Shown one piece after another: positions 12,501-27,500 of a stretch of DNA of 64,000 bases. The notes under the pieces are model-generated. The model searched no databases and was not told the DNA's origin. It worked only from the letters and a program-made list of their open reading frames with translations. The stretch is taken from the NCBI GenBank assembly GCA_964019335.1, contig OZ025649.1, positions 1 to 64,000 on the forward strand, in the 5' to 3' direction. This DNA is from Diplonema japonicum (taxonomy: Eukaryota > Protista > Euglenozoa: Diplonemea). Made by a program: the position numbers and the translations under genes. Position 1 is the stretch's first letter. Every line of letters begins with the position of its first letter.

Positions 12501-15500
12501 CTGTGTTAGGTACGCTGCCCACGGTGTCCTCAGACGAAGGGTCGCATTCTTCCGCCACGCCATATTTCTTCGTGAATCGGTTCCCAGCGTTGATTGGGTT
12601 GTCGAAGCTCAGCTCCATCGGCATCCCTGAGTACCACCCTAACGGGGTGGTCATGATTTTGCCCGTGCTTCCGAAGGGCAAATGCTCACCGAGTGCGAAG
12701 AAAACCAAGTCAAACGCAGGCAGATCCGTCACCAGCAGCGCGAAGACTCGGATGTCTGCCCCAACCCTCACCCTAGTCAGAGAAGCAAGAGGTCTTGGAT
12801 CCCCGGAACCAGAGCAGTCTATAAGCCCGCACGGCACTGTGGTCTTCAAAATCGGGAAGTCGTTCAAAAGGATTTCAACCTCCAGTCCGAAGTTGTTTGT
12901 CCTCGTCAACGAAGTGGACCACAAACCCCAATCGTCAGGGATGCTGTCGGCTTCCAAGGGCACATTCACAACGTCAACCCCAGCTGCCCTCACCACCAGC
13001 GTCTGTTGCAGCTTCTGCGCACCTGTTGCGCTCACTGTAAGCCACTCCAACGACACTGACACAGAAACGTCTCCCTCTAGTACCAAGAGTGGTTGGTTCA
13101 GTCGTCCCTGAGCTGTGAGCCTCGCCCAGATCAATACCATCATCCCAGGTCCCTGTATGTTTACAGGTACAGAGCCTTCCAACACGATCTCATCGTCTGT
13201 TTCGAATGAAGTGAGTTGTTTCGACTCGTCATAATCCTCAAATTTGTAGCCTTTCCTGAGGAATGAGCTTCCTTGCAAGAGCACTAAGTTCGCTATCAGA
13301 GGTGGGCTCGATTCATGAATCGGCAGCCCATATTTGTCAATGATGCGCGCCCGCAACTTTTCGCCGAACAGTGGGCCTGCCACCATGCCCCCGTCGATGT
13401 AGGTTGGGAACTCCAAGAACTCGCAGCTCGCTGGCACGTCAGGTGTCACCAACATTGGCTCCATCACGTGGTACAGGCACCCAAACTCTTGAGACAAAAC
13501 AGCGCTTCCAGCAGTACATGCCACCCCCGCTCCATTGAATGGATCGCAACCCCCGTCACAGCCGCGTCCAGAGTTGCGTATGACGAAGGCCACAAGCCAC
13601 ACGTGCCCCTGCGATGTGCCCTTTAGGAGCCCTCGCAAAAAACTCGCATCCACGAACAAGTCCGTGAATTGCAGCGTTCCCTGCGACGTCGGTGCTTCGT
13701 TGTATATCCCCCCACCGTCCAGGAGCGACGAGCGTAGCAGAACAGGTTTCGCTGCTGCGTTCAACTCGCCAGTCGTACTATCAACAGGGTTCGCATCATA
13801 AGCCAAGATCCTCACTGTGTAGTCCCCACCTAGATTACCGTATTTATCGTACAGATCTACACCCACTGTGAACGGCTGATGCACCACAATTTCTTCAGGT
13901 GGCGGGTCGAACACCATGAGCTCCGAAGCGCAGGCCGGGATAAATGTGATCGACACAGTACTTGTCGCTGCAGTGTATCCTTCGGAGGCCGGGTCAGAGT
14001 CTTGTTGGATCACTACTTCCGTGATGGTCTCAGGAATAGTCCACCTTTCCGCACGCTCCATTCCCGTTCCTCCTCCAGGTGGGGTGTAGTTAGCGGCGAT
14101 CCCGTCAAGCCTCGGCTGGTTCGGGACGCTGGCCGTGTTCATTGTACACGTTCCTTCGAATTCCCCACGCACCGGTGCCACGATCCCATCACACATGAAT
14201 GGCCCAACCTTCGTTGACTGGCTGCTCAAGAAGATCATGAGGTGTACGTTAAACGGTGCCGACGTGGGGGTCTCCCCAGACGGGAGCAGCAACCTGGTAG
14301 TGTGTGCGAATTCGTCGCCCGCCCTGCGGCACACATTTTCTACGGGTGCTTTCACCACTTCAATCTTGTTCTGCGCTACCTCAATCAACCCCGTCTCCAC
14401 ACGGTATGTGTCGGGTGCTGCAGGGTCGTCCACTCGCACCTTTGATGGTGTCAAACGTTCACACGTCAACATCAACGTGAATGTTCCGCGCATCATTCTC
14501 GTGAAGGACTCTCGGAACCACACACTGCCACCATAGTAGGGTGCCGCCCCTGTTGCAGTTGACAAGTCGGTTCTTGAACCCATCAAAAGCTGCGGCACAA
14601 AGTACTGTTTCTCCGGGTACTCTCCAGTCACTGGGTCAGGTGTAAGCAGCGCGTTTGTCAGCCCTCGCTCAAGCTCGTGCTCAGCGAAGTAAATGTCTGC
14701 TGGTGATTGGAACTGCATCAGTTTTCTCCTTGTCAGTCCGGATGCAGTATTGTTGTCATCGGGCGATGTCGCGTTGTCCATCAGTGGGGACGAGTCGGGT
14801 GACGTTGCATTCTCATCAGGCGCACCAACAACCTGGTCCGCAGGAGACTCCTGGGGAGAAATTTCGGGTACTGTCTGTGGTGTTGTTTCGTTTCCGGGTG
14901 TTGCCTCGGGTACTGCGTTGGGTGAAGCCTCCGGACCTTCTGGTGTTGTGGCGTTATCCACTGGGTCACCTACCGTTTGGTCGAGAGGTGACTCCACAGG
15001 AGGGCTGAAAGGTGCATTCACAGGATTGGATACAGGTGAGTTCACAGGAGGATTCACAGGAGGATTCACAGGAGACAGAGGAGAACTCTGGGGTGCGTTC
15101 ACAGCTGTTCCATTGGGAGCATTCTCATCAGGGATAATCGAATCCACTGGTGTTGCTTCGGGAGGGAAGTTGATTGGCACCCCCGGAATCTGCTTCACCC
15201 TCGGTGCTGCAACGATGCAATTACGGGTGCACGCCACTCCGCCTATGCACACGCGTCGCCCATTCCTTCCAAGAGTACAACAATCCTCTGCGGACCCAGT
15301 AACCACATCGCACTTCGCCAGAACAGCGATCGTGAACGCGATGTAGTTCGATACGACCTTCGACGCTCCAGGAACACGGCACTCAATAATGATAATTAGG
15401 TACGTCGATACCGCGTGCAGCTGCCTGCTAGACGATGCAGATGCTGGTGCGTTGGGGTCCCCGGTAACTTCTTGCACACTGACTATGGCTACTGCCAAAG

Positions 15501-18500
15501 GGTCGACCCCAGCAACAGCAGCAAAATCGTCAATGAAGGAAGTTGGGTCGAAGGTATCCAAGGTTCCCGCCACACGTAACTCCACTTGTGCAACGTTGTC
15601 GTCGGTCGGCGCGTCGTACAAAGTGTCAGTCAGGTCTCCAAAACGCATGTAGTTCCTTTCGAGTTTGCAGCCTATTACTCCGTATCTCGCTCCATTGTCC
15701 CAGGCCAAGTTGTCAAATCGGTCAAGTTGGATCGTGCGCACCCCAAAGTCAAAGGGCTGGTCGAATTGCACTTGTAGGTCGTGCTCGGGAGGCAATAGCT
15801 GTGTCGGTTCATTGTGGTACAGGTTCAGGATCACCCTATCACGCAGGTTCCTGAAGCGTGAACGGCGGCACGTTAGTCCGCTCTCCCTGATCGTGGAGCG
15901 CTTCAGGTTGAAGACTGCGTACATACGTGGATCCACGCGTACCAGCACCATCACGGAGTCGCCCAGACTGTCCATGAAGACCTCACGCACCACCCACAGA
16001 ATTCTTGTCTGAGTCACTAAATAGGCATGGCGCCCTGGATCCCCAGGGTACGCATCTACTAACTCGAGCTCCTCACGGCTTGGCGAGTTCTTATGCATCG
16101 TGTGCAAGTACGTGAAATCGAACACTGGACTGCGACTCGACACCAGTCCATAAGGGTCGAACGTCAGAACGTTTCCGTACCTGTCTTTGATCTCAAGGTC
16201 CACACGGAAGGGTTTCCCAGCAACCACGAGGTCCGGGACTTGGGTAAACTCCACCCTCCAAGGGTAGCATGCGTGGAAGCGCAAGCTTTCCGTCGGCCCG
16301 CTTGGCGCGTCTCCCAAACTAGAGGCCCATTGCCTCGGATTTACGTGGAAGGTCGCTACTTCGGCCCTTGTGTAACGCAATCCACGGAATTCCACAGTCC
16401 CCTGGTGTAACTTGTACCCGGGCCACGCTCCGTGGTGCCTCCTCCCATTCCTGGTGACCAACCTACCACTACCTTCAACCACCTGCAGGTTCAGCCTCCC
16501 GACCTTCCGTGTCACATCCAAATCGTGGGGTGCTGGACACTCCCAGCTACCAGCATGGTTCCCGTACTCATCAAGAGTTCGCACTCTGATCGTGAACTCA
16601 TCGTGCGGACTGCAGCTCAAGCACACCACCCCTGGGGCAACTTCTTCATCTGCCCAGATTTCTGACGACAGCTCACGTGGCAGTGCTGGCGACACGTCTA
16701 AGCTGAACTGCACGTCTGAGCACTCTGGTAAATCTTCCCCCGTTGGCCCTGTCACCGTCACGGAGAACAACCTGCTTCTGGCTGCGCGAGTGTACGATAG
16801 TCCAACAAACTCCATGAGACCGGCCTCGGCAGGAATCACCGTCTCTCCGTCAATCTTGTCTTCCCCGCCTTCTCCAATCACAGAACCGACAAGTGACATT
16901 CTCGCTACGGACATTGCAGAGGCCGCTCCAGTACAATCAGCATTCGCTGTGAGGTCCGAGCATACACTCCCTGTGAGAGTGCTACAGTCCACAGCCTTCC
17001 ACTCGTATTTGAAAGTCACTGCTGCTGACGGGCTCGGCGTAAACTGTACTGACTTGCTCAATGCGATGCACATCTCTCCATTCTGCACCTGCTGTGCCAA
17101 TAACGCCATATCAGGAGGCACTCCACCGGCCCAGGCAATCCCGCCCGCTCCAAACGGGTTCAGGTCCCCAATGTACTGGAGCGTGTCTTCAGCAAACAGT
17201 TCCAGCACTCCGTTCTTCCTTCTGGTCATCACCCCGAGGCGCAACATCTCGGAGCGTTCATTTTCATTGAACAACCTCTTCAGCGATGCCAGTTCGCCTG
17301 CGCTCTGCGGAACTGCAGACACGAGCTTCAATGCTATGGGGCATGACGCACCCGCATGGCGCACTAGACACCTCACGCGGTCGCGGGTCACTGGGTTGCC
17401 AATCTCATCCCGCACCTCTATCTTAGTGTTGAAAGGCTCGCCTGCCGAGAAGCACGGCCTCTGCGGAGGGGTCAGGGAACAGATCTTTGACTTTCCTGGC
17501 CACACCTTCACTGTCACTGTGCACTCTTGCGCGTAAGTCGACTGTATCTTAATCCTACGCGTCACAAACCCTTTCCTCCGCGGAATGTTGCTCTGATAGT
17601 AGAGACCATTGAACCACACAGCCTCCTCGCGCGTGTTCGGGACCGCCATCATGTCGATTGGCATCACGAATCGCGCGAAGTTTCCACGCAGCACGTTGTC
17701 CACTCCGCTCTGCGGGTCTGCAACTAGGTCACCACTCTCGTCAAATACTGTGATGTTGATGTTGCTCTGCAAGTTCTGCCCTGATACGGGGTTGATCCAC
17801 GACCACAGGTCGAAGCGTTCTCCGACCCTTGTCTCTAGTACTTCTGCCCTGCATGTCACTTGATCCGCCTTCACTTCCATGTTGCACGAGTCTCCTGTAA
17901 CCTGCCCGCTTGCGTCTATCGCTTGAATTGTGATCTGTCCTGTGCAGTTCTCATTCCCAAGCGGGTTTTGCTTGCATGCGCGCCTCGTCGCCCCAGCGTC
18001 CGGAACCCACACCGCGTTATCCAAAACTGTCTGCCCAGCGGCTGTCGGCGATGTAAGCTCCCCAACAAGCTCACCACCGTTTCCTGCTGTCGAGTCTTCG
18101 CTTGCACGTGGGTCCAGCACCCCACCATCGTACAGACGGTAGTCACGAGCGTTCAGCTGCACTACAGCGTATGAAGTCATTATCTGGTACACCGCGTTTG
18201 CATTCTCTCCTCCGCAGTTGTGGTCCATCCCGCCTGCGCACGGCGTTCCACAATCAGTTTCTTCATTCTCCCCGTACTTCGCGTACTCGCTCCCACTGCC
18301 GCAGTAGCACAGGCTCCCTTGCTGCAAGCCGAAATGATCAAAGCCGCCACTCGAACATGCCTTCATGCACGCCTCAATCGAGAAGTCTGCCTCAGGGATC
18401 GACATGGAGTTCGGCAGCGCCGTCCCCGCTTGGTCCTTAAAGCACCCGATCCTGCGGCTTAGTATTGGGTTTTCCGTATCGCACAAGTTGTCATCCCCAT

Positions 18501-21500
18501 CTAATACCACCACCTCGATAGGCGACATCGTGTACGCAGCCCCGGTCACCGCTAGCGCTTCAAGCGTCGTATCATGGCACGATGCCGGCTCCACGATGCG
18601 CAGACGGTCCGGTACGCAGTGCCTGACACACACCTCGTTAGGCATGGCAGGCTGAATGTTTGCTCCTGCTGCACCGCCCACAGACACACTCATCGAAACC
18701 CCGCAATCCGCACGCGAGTGCGTCGCCTCAATTTTCGCCTTCCCATCTCTCAAGACGAGATCGCTCAATATCCCGTGCACGTCACGTGGCCCCTCTCCCT
18801 CCTCCACATCGTACAGCTCCGGGTTCTGCGTTCCGACCGAAATCTCCAGTTCAGCATCTGCGTACGCCTGCGCGTACTTCCCGCTTGTCCTCACGGTCAC
18901 TGGGTTCCCACACAGGTCCTGTAGCTCCACCTCGTACCAGAACGAAGAGCATTCGCCACCAGCGTAGCTCCTTGCTTTCGGTGGTGGTTGCTTTGTTGTC
19001 ACCAACTTCGAGGCTGGTCCGGAGAGCACTTCAATCGGCGCGCTCAGCTTGCAGCACCTGCTTGGAGTTGGATCCTTGCAGCTGTTTTCATAGCAGTTCT
19101 CCAGACACTTTGGTGCATTGCCACTCAGCTCTAAAGCCTCTTCCGCCTCTTCCTGTTCTTCTTCTTCTTCCCCACCCCCTGAGATATCCAAATCTACTGC
19201 TTGCAGCACAATTTTCTCTGCTACAGAGTACTCCACCGTGAACTTCACTAGCCCCGCAACGGATTGCACCACCTCGCCGTCCAAGTAGCCTGTTCCTTCA
19301 TGCAACTGGAGCACCATGTTGTGTGCCACCTTCACGCGATTGTTCCAGAAGTCGACAATCTCAAACGACACTTCAAACGCCTCGTCTGGCCCGCATAGGC
19401 TGGCGTACACTTTTACTGGAGCCTCTACACGGTTCAAGTGGTGCGGATGACCCGGCGTCACCACAATCTCTTGCGAGAAACGCACAGGACAGTCCGTTCT
19501 CACTGTGTGCTCGAACAGCAGCACTATCGTCTCCGCTCGGTTATGCCACAGCGTATCGAAGGTCAGTGCGTGGCTGTCGATCTTCTCCCTGAATTCTTTG
19601 ATGACTTCTGACACGGTGATGTAGTTTCCAAGTCCTTCAGCCGCCTCTCCAAAGCACTTTGTTGATTCCGTCCAGTCCCCGTTCGTCCCTGCCCCTGAAC
19701 ACCCGCACACGTACGTCTCATCCGTCGGGTTCCAGTGTTCTACGAGGTATGGCTGCCCGTTCTCGCGACAGCACTGCAGACACTGCTCTTTCGTGTTTGC
19801 TTCCAGTCCCTCAAGGCTTTCTGACAAGTAGCACACAGACTCCCCAAGCCCATGCTTCTCTGAGAAGAGCTGGCCCTGTGGTGCCGTCACTTCTCCTGTT
19901 TTCATCGACGATGCTGCTGCTGCTTCCATTTTCAAGTATGCCCCCTCCGGACACGGGATCATCCCTGGGACTCCCGTTACTGCCCCTTCTATGCGCATCC
20001 ATCCATTTAGCTCGATCTTCCCAATCCCGCGGTACAGTTTGCACGTCTTTGCGGGTACAAGCTCCTTCCCTGCCACAACAGACACCTCTACGTCATCTGC
20101 CGCGTAGTTCCACATTACGCACCTAGGGTTGTCATCACATAGTTTTTTGCACCTTTCCCAGTCTGGGACCAGCGAAGACGACCTCAAAACACGCCCCCCT
20201 CTCACCGGCTTCCTCCACGCATCCTTTTGCACGCCGCAGTAGGCAATGTTTCCGAGAGTATCCCGCAGCAGCACATTCACAGAAAACGCTTCCCCCGCCC
20301 TTACTGTTTTCCTCTGCGAGATAACCCAGTCACACGCTTCATCAGGCACCACACTCAGCGGCCACGGTTGGCTATCTTGACACACGCCGTTGTCGTGTTC
20401 TGCGAGGATCCACGCAGCTGACGGGGCGCTGCTAATGCTCCAGCTCACCGAGCTAAATATTGCCCCAGGCACCTTCGTAACGCCGTCCCCAAGGGTCACC
20501 TCGTCGTTCACTACGTCCAGGGGTGGCTGCGGATCTGCTGACACGGCCGCAGTCGGTGGTGAGAATCGCACCATCCTCAACCTAATCCCTGTGCCTCCGA
20601 TCACCTCTGACAAATCGTCCGCATTCAGTTTCTTTCCAAGCGGGCCTGTCACCCCGACCTCGATCGGACCAGTTCCGTGTAGGTTACTGAATGGCGATGC
20701 GTCGCTGCCGGTACCCCCGATGAAATGCTTCCCGACAAGAGCCGACCTCGGACCTGTCCGCGGAGTCGCTCCAGGCATAACCGTGAGTTGACACCTTGCA
20801 CACTTCACCAGCGGCAGCAACACAGGCTGCACGGTCGGGCATGGGCTGCGAGGGCGAGGCCTCGAGCACGTTACTGTTGCTTGCAGCTGCACCGCCATTT
20901 GCCTCGTAAGCGAACTCACCCGCCAGTGACACCCTGTGTCTAGGATGCACTGCGCTTCTGTAGCCAGCAAGTCGCACCTGTCTGCGTCGGCAGCGTCCTT
21001 TCCGGCACAGTACTGGTACTCCCCAGGGAGAGGCCGTACAGAACTCACCACCACTTGGTCGAACTCTGCTGTCGAGTCTTCGATCCTCGACCTTGCCCCG
21101 CTGAGAGTGGCACACCCAGTCCCGTCTACGGTATCACACTGCTCCTCGGTGAACCCGGACTGGCCCGTCCACACACATACAGAGACCCCATCTGCAGCTG
21201 TTGTTCGTTCGCACTTCCTTCTGGAGCTCCAGCCAACCTTTTCGCAGTTGCTTCCGGTTGCCATTGCATCCGGGTCTTTGCAGGCTTGGCCAAATGGCAA
21301 CGTGTCCCAAGCGTGTTTCTTGTAAGGGTCGCTGTTCGCTTGTGCTAACGGACCAAGGGTCCACACTTCCGAGTCTCCAGCGCAGTAGATCGCTACTTCA
21401 GTGTTTGTTCGAATGTTTGTCACCATATGGTCTCGGCACAGGATCGACGACTCGGGTGAGGGGGCAGCTGCCCCACCGAAAAAGTAAACCTTAGTCTGCC

Positions 21501-24500
21501 CGTCAGCAGGGTCCATGTACACTTGACCGCTTGCCTGAGCAGCAAAGGTGCGCTTCATAGGGACCACACCGGTGTCTGTGTCTCCACCTACTTTCCAAAT
21601 GCATCCCTCAACGCACGTTTCCAACGTTGCGTCCCAACCACAGAGCCACCCATCTGTGGCATTTGCCGCAGCTAGACATGCCACTTGAGTAGCCTGCGAT
21701 GAGCATGTTGTCGTACCTGCCTTGCAGCCCGTTTCATCCTTCGTGCCGCACCGTGACAGGAAGTCTGGTGTGCCATCTTCCTCACCTGTTGTCGTGGTAT
21801 TCCAGCCACTCCACACGAGCCCTGTGCGCGACATGCACCCCGCTTTCCCAACTGTCAGCCCGTTGTCAGGTGCGGCTAGCCAGCGCTGCTTCTCTAGATC
21901 GAAGCGCTGCACATCTGTCGACGACTTCGCCGCCACCTTTGCCCCAAACTGGCCGGTCACTGAAGTTGAGCCCCCGAAGACCAGGATCTGGCCACGGAAA
22001 GGATCAAGAGCGACGGCCCCACCTGCCATCGCAGGCCCGACTCCGTTCTCCAGCTTCCACATCCCGTTTCCGGACGATGCAATTTCCTCTAAGTCGAGCG
22101 ACCACACTTCACCTGTTGGTGTTGCCCTCGATGTCGAGCTTGGCCAGAACGCCCCGCCCACCACGTACCACTTCCCTTCGTGAAGGACCGATGAGGCCTG
22201 TACACGGCCACGCGGAAGAGGCGACGATGCCGAAAGCTTCACTCTCTGCCAGGTGAGCTTTACCCCTGCCACGCTCGTCCCGAGCGCTGCCTGCAGGTCT
22301 ACTGAGAAGAGCTGGTTGCTCCCGAGGCCACCGCCTGCGACTGGCGCGTTCGCCATGTCAACTGAACTGTCCCCACCAAGCCCGCTGAACACGTACAGTT
22401 TCTGCCCATGCACAAGCCCCGTAGAGTGAGCCATCTGGATTGCCCCAACCGGCCCACCGGACATGTCCAGCTTCTCCCACATTGGCGAGTCTACCAACAT
22501 CTCGCTGCTCCCGTTACGGAGGGGGCCGAACCTCCAGAGTTCGTTACTACAGCAGGTAGCTGACTCGGTCCTTCCCCCGAATACAAACAAGTAGGTTTCC
22601 CTGGACCCAGTGCTCGAGCTCACTGCTACAGAAACGTGTGCGAATCTCGCTGCAGGGAATTGGGTGCCTGCGCCGCTCGAATCCGTTGGTAGGCTCCACA
22701 GATTCACCCACTTCCGCTCGCGCATGTTGAACCTCCACACGGCCCCACGTAGATTAGGTGCACCGCTTGGGAGGAACGACGGCCTTGCTGCAAGCACCTC
22801 CGTCGTCACTGTCTTCCCCAGACCAGGAAGCACTGTGGCACCCCCGTACACCACAAAGGACTCGTCTGACTCGCGAGAAACAGAGTGCATGTACAGTGCC
22901 CTCTCTAAAAACTCTTCTCGGAACAGCTGTTCATCACTTTGTGCCACGGGTGCAGCATCTGTGAGGCGCTGCCACTGAAGCGGGTCATCCTGGATGCTTG
23001 ATGGGTCGTTCACTTGCAACGACTGCGTGACCTTGTTTGATCTTGCAACTGAAAGGGTCACCCGACAGTCTTCCGTTTGGAAAGGGAGGAGGGAGTTCCC
23101 CGCGCGGTCTTCTGCCCTCACTACGATGGGGTCTGCACTTACAACGTCAAATGTGCACGTAGTTGGTGCCTGCTCCACCACGAGGCGGCAAATGTCACCA
23201 GGGCACACTCGCACGATGTTCGCAGACCTCATCTGCAGACGCAGCGTCGCTCCTGACACCACCGCATCCTTCTCGATCGCTCCAACTTTTAGTCGGATTG
23301 TCTCTGCTACATCATACGAAATGTCGTCGAAGGTCGCGACACCTCCCACCGTGAGCTTCGCAAGCGTCCCACTCAGCTTTCCTGTAGGGAGCACACCCTC
23401 AGGCCCATCAGTTGCGACCGCCAGCGTTACATTCACTGATGTCAACTTCTTCAAGTTGTTGTAGCTGTCAAATACTCCAATCTTGATTGTTGGAAAACGC
23501 CTCTGCGACGTCACATGGCCAGGGTCTTCGCAAGGCACCTCTTTCGGCTCCGAAAGGAACGCAAGTCGTGCCATGTCTCCTGGACAGGTTGCCATCATGT
23601 TTGCACCAGGGCAGGGTCGCTTTTCCGCGCAACACAACGGACGGATTCCCCCACACGACACCTTCCACGGTGGGCAGACTCCGATATTTAGAACCTTCGC
23701 GGGGCAGGAAAACGGCCTGCCTGCCAGTCCCGTCAAATCTGTTGCCACCCGGATTGTCACGTTTCCGGCAGTGTGGTACTGTAGTGTGATGTCTGCAACA
23801 CCGGCTTCCAAAGGTGCATTTGGCATTGTTGGCACTAGGCCACCGTTTTCTGCTGGCCCCTCCGTTGTGACCCACACCGAGTTTCCGAAGAGCCCTGTCT
23901 TCCTATTCGAGAAGCGATCCCTCACTGACACCACCACGGACATTTCTTCCCCTGTGAACACGTCAGGTGAGCGTACCAAGCACTCTAAGTGGTCTGCTGC
24001 TGCTGGCAGCACTTCCACACCGCATTCTTTCCGTAGTCTCGGGTCGCTGGGTGGCGGCGCAAAACATGGGCACCTTACCCTTGTGTGCAAACGCTCGTCT
24101 TCACAATAGCAGTTCCCTGTCCCTGCGTTGTACGTTGCCTCTTGCACCTGGATGAACTGGCACGACCTCCATGCCGACGGAGTTGCCGTGTCTGTGGTCC
24201 ACCCTGCTGTCCTCGATAACCTTGATGACGCAAAAAACTCTGCGAAGCACTTATTGTCTGTCCACGATGCCCCCGCCGCCTCCTCTTGGCTTAATCCGTG
24301 GTACATTTGCTTCACCATCGCGACACACTCCATGAGCGAGCTTGCAGGGCCCACTGTTTCCCTCCTCGTGCCTAGAGGTTTCCCGTCTACCTCGGAGCAA
24401 CCGGGTGCAGTTTCTATGTAGAAAGTCACGTCCCCCGCACTCGTGGCATCGGCCGTCCCTGCCTCCCACGAATTCCAGTTCCCGTCATTGTCCGAGGGGA

Positions 24501-27500
24501 ACATGTCACACCACCCGGGGAACCCCACTTCAATTGAACTGCATTCCGTTGATGTTGTGTTATACGAGCAGAAGCGCGCGCCGTTGCAGGCTGTCTCACT
24601 CCCGCTCAAAGCCTGGCAAATTGCCTCCTCCCCCGATGTGCAGTAGGTCCAATCGTTTGTCCCCGCTAGAGCGTCTTCGTAGGTGGAGTAGAGCTTGAAG
24701 TCTATCCCAAGCACGTTTCTGGAGGGAGCGTCCACCCCCCCGGTCCATCGGCTCTTCACCATCTCGTACACGGAAGTAGCTCCCTGTGCAGGTACGGTGT
24801 AGCGGCGCATGTACATCACGCGATGCAAGCGCCCAGGACACCCCGGACACGTCCTCTTCACAATGTTGTTCGGGGCTGTCTCTAGGAGACGCTCAAAAGT
24901 GCTCTCCCCCACATCGTATGACTGCCTATTTAGAACTGGAGTCCACACCACTCCGCCCTCCTCTTCGGGGTTTGTTTCTGCAGGCAGCCCGGAGCGGATT
25001 GTCCCGTCTGTTTCCCACACGTCTGCCCAGCAAGTTATTCCATAGGTCCCCGTTACTTTGATCTTCGGTGTCACAGTTGATGCCACCCCAAGAGTTCCAT
25101 CCTCGAACTCCGCCGAGAGCAACTTCATTGTGCCCCATGGATACAGCCTCGCCTCGTACGTAGGGTTGCGCCTCGGTCCTGATGTTGCGCGGCACGTTAC
25201 CTCAACCTTTTGTGTGTGTCGCCCGTCCAGGAGGTTTCCAAACATATCGTGCACGCGGGCTGCGAAAGTGAGTGGCTGCCCTGCTAGTACCGTTGTCGGA
25301 GGGCATGTCCCACATGATCCAACGGGGTTTGCAACACACTTTTCACATCCACCAGCAGAGACAGCACTCGCGCACACTGGATCTGCTACGTAGTTAGCAC
25401 TACACCCGCTTACTGTCCCCGGCACCACCGTCGCAGTATCGGACGTTGCATCCCTGAGTTCGCAGTTTTTTTCCTGGGTGTACGTCCATCGCCTGCACCT
25501 CACCCGCGTCTGACACTCCGCAGAGCACAGCTGCCTCGACAGAAGCCCTCGTACTGTGGCGAATGGGGCAGACTGAAACCCCACTGCGAGCAGCAACCCT
25601 GTCCCTACCGCAGGAGCTGGAGCGTTCCCTACCCCTATTGTCGACCCCATGCAGAGCTCGTACGCTGTATCAGCAACCACTCTCAGCGGTGGGCACTCTC
25701 CTGGCGGGGCCTCGTCCTCCTCGTCTGAAGTCGGGACTGGCAACCCCGCGATCCACGCTTGCGTGCTCACCGTCGGTGAGCGCGGCGTGATAACAGGCGT
25801 CACCGTCCCTGTACGGTGGAAGCGTAAGTTCAGGAACTCCACCTCACCAGCGGATGCCATCACACCTGTCAAACTTGAGCTTTGGCATGCTGCTTCCGTG
25901 TTCATGTCGAATGGGTATATCTTGCGCGTCGTCCAGCTGCACTCAGGGAGGCCTGATGTCGTGCAAGTTGCTTCTGTTCCGAACGCTGAGCAGTCCGGAA
26001 CTGCTGTTGACACCCCGCTTGCCCCGGTGCGTAGGTTGAAGCGTTGTTCCTCTTTCGGGCTTACTGAGCCCGTTGCTGAGAGGAACGCTTTCGTTCCGCA
26101 TTGTCTGTTTCCGGGACATGTTACTTTTTTGAATGAATCCGTTGCCGCGTCCCAGTAGCTTACCTCTCCAGACACTGTGAACTCCTCTCCTACTGTCACT
26201 TCCGCGGGCGAGTCCACGCACAGGATGCGCAGACCTACAACTACGATCGGATACGCTTCTGGTCCGCTACAAGCTGCCCTTACAGATGCTGACCCCTCTA
26301 GCTCTAGACGGAGCGGATCGGACTGTGGACGTCCCCTTGTGTAGTACAGGTTATTGAAGGTGACATATGGGCTACCGGACGTTGCTGTTGCCTCGAGGTT
26401 CCCTTGAGGTGTTGTTGTTGCGATAAGCTGCCCCGATGGCAGTGCGGAGTTCGTCAGCGTACCCCCTGGGACGTATCCGTCTCCCTCCTCCATCTCTTGT
26501 ATTTTTATTGAGCACCCTCCAGCAAAGTCACGAGCGCAGTTCGTCACTAAGTTCCCGTATCTATCCCTCAATGTGCCCAGGAACTGGCCCATCGGTCGGT
26601 ACTGTGGTACTCTCCTAACTTCCGATTCGCACTGTAGCGAGGCCCAGATTGCATGGTCCACGCAGATCTTTTGTGTTGTGTCCGGACGCAGCCCTTCTGA
26701 CGATGCTTTCACAATGATACACTCAGAATGCTCGTACCACATCTCGCAGAACTGGTATCTTCCGTCCCTCCTCGACAGGCTCGTCGTTCCTTTTAGCGTT
26801 TCAGAACCGCTCTTGCAAGCGTCTGGTGTGCACTGCTTCCTTGTCAGCCGCACTACACGCATCGCGGGTGTCGACGGTACCAGTTGTGGGGTCGGTGGAC
26901 CACCTCCTCCAAGTGGAAGCGGTGGTCTGATCCCACCGACCCCAGGAGGCCCACCGAGACCTGGCGGTACAAGGTTCGGAGGTGGACCCCCGCCCAAGAG
27001 TTGTAGTAGGCTAAGGCCTGGCGGCGACGGTTTTCCAGGTGGCGTCGGCTCGATCACCCCGGGGTTGAAGGCTCCTGGAGGCCCCCCTAGTCCGCCGAAA
27101 GGGCGTGGCACAAATGGCGGGATCATCCCTGTAGGTCCCCGTGAAGTCGCTGCTCTGTAGCGCTTCATTACCTCAGGGTCAGTTTCGTCCACCACATTTC
27201 CAAAACGGTCCTGCACCTCAACCCCCACGCAGAATTTCTCCCCTGCAATAAGCGGAGAACCGCTCATCCCGCCAGAGGGTCCAACAATTGCTGCGAGTGC
27301 TGGCTTTGCTGCGTTCCCCCCAGTCTTCTCTTTAATTTCCACGACCTTCAACTCGCTTGGGTCGTCAGGAATGATACGCAAGGGCTCGGTCATGCATGCT
27401 GCGATCTCTTCCACCCCAGGAACCGCAACTGCTACTGTGATCGTGTCCGGTGCCTTCTCGTAAGACAGCCCTGGGAACACCAGCTGCGCCCCTGTCACAG

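Noticed and set aside
15310-15410. Transmembrane anchor in the giant protein (YLIIII / YIAFTIAVLA)
   Set aside because: The hydrophobic runs are too short and fit a SEA-like fold better.
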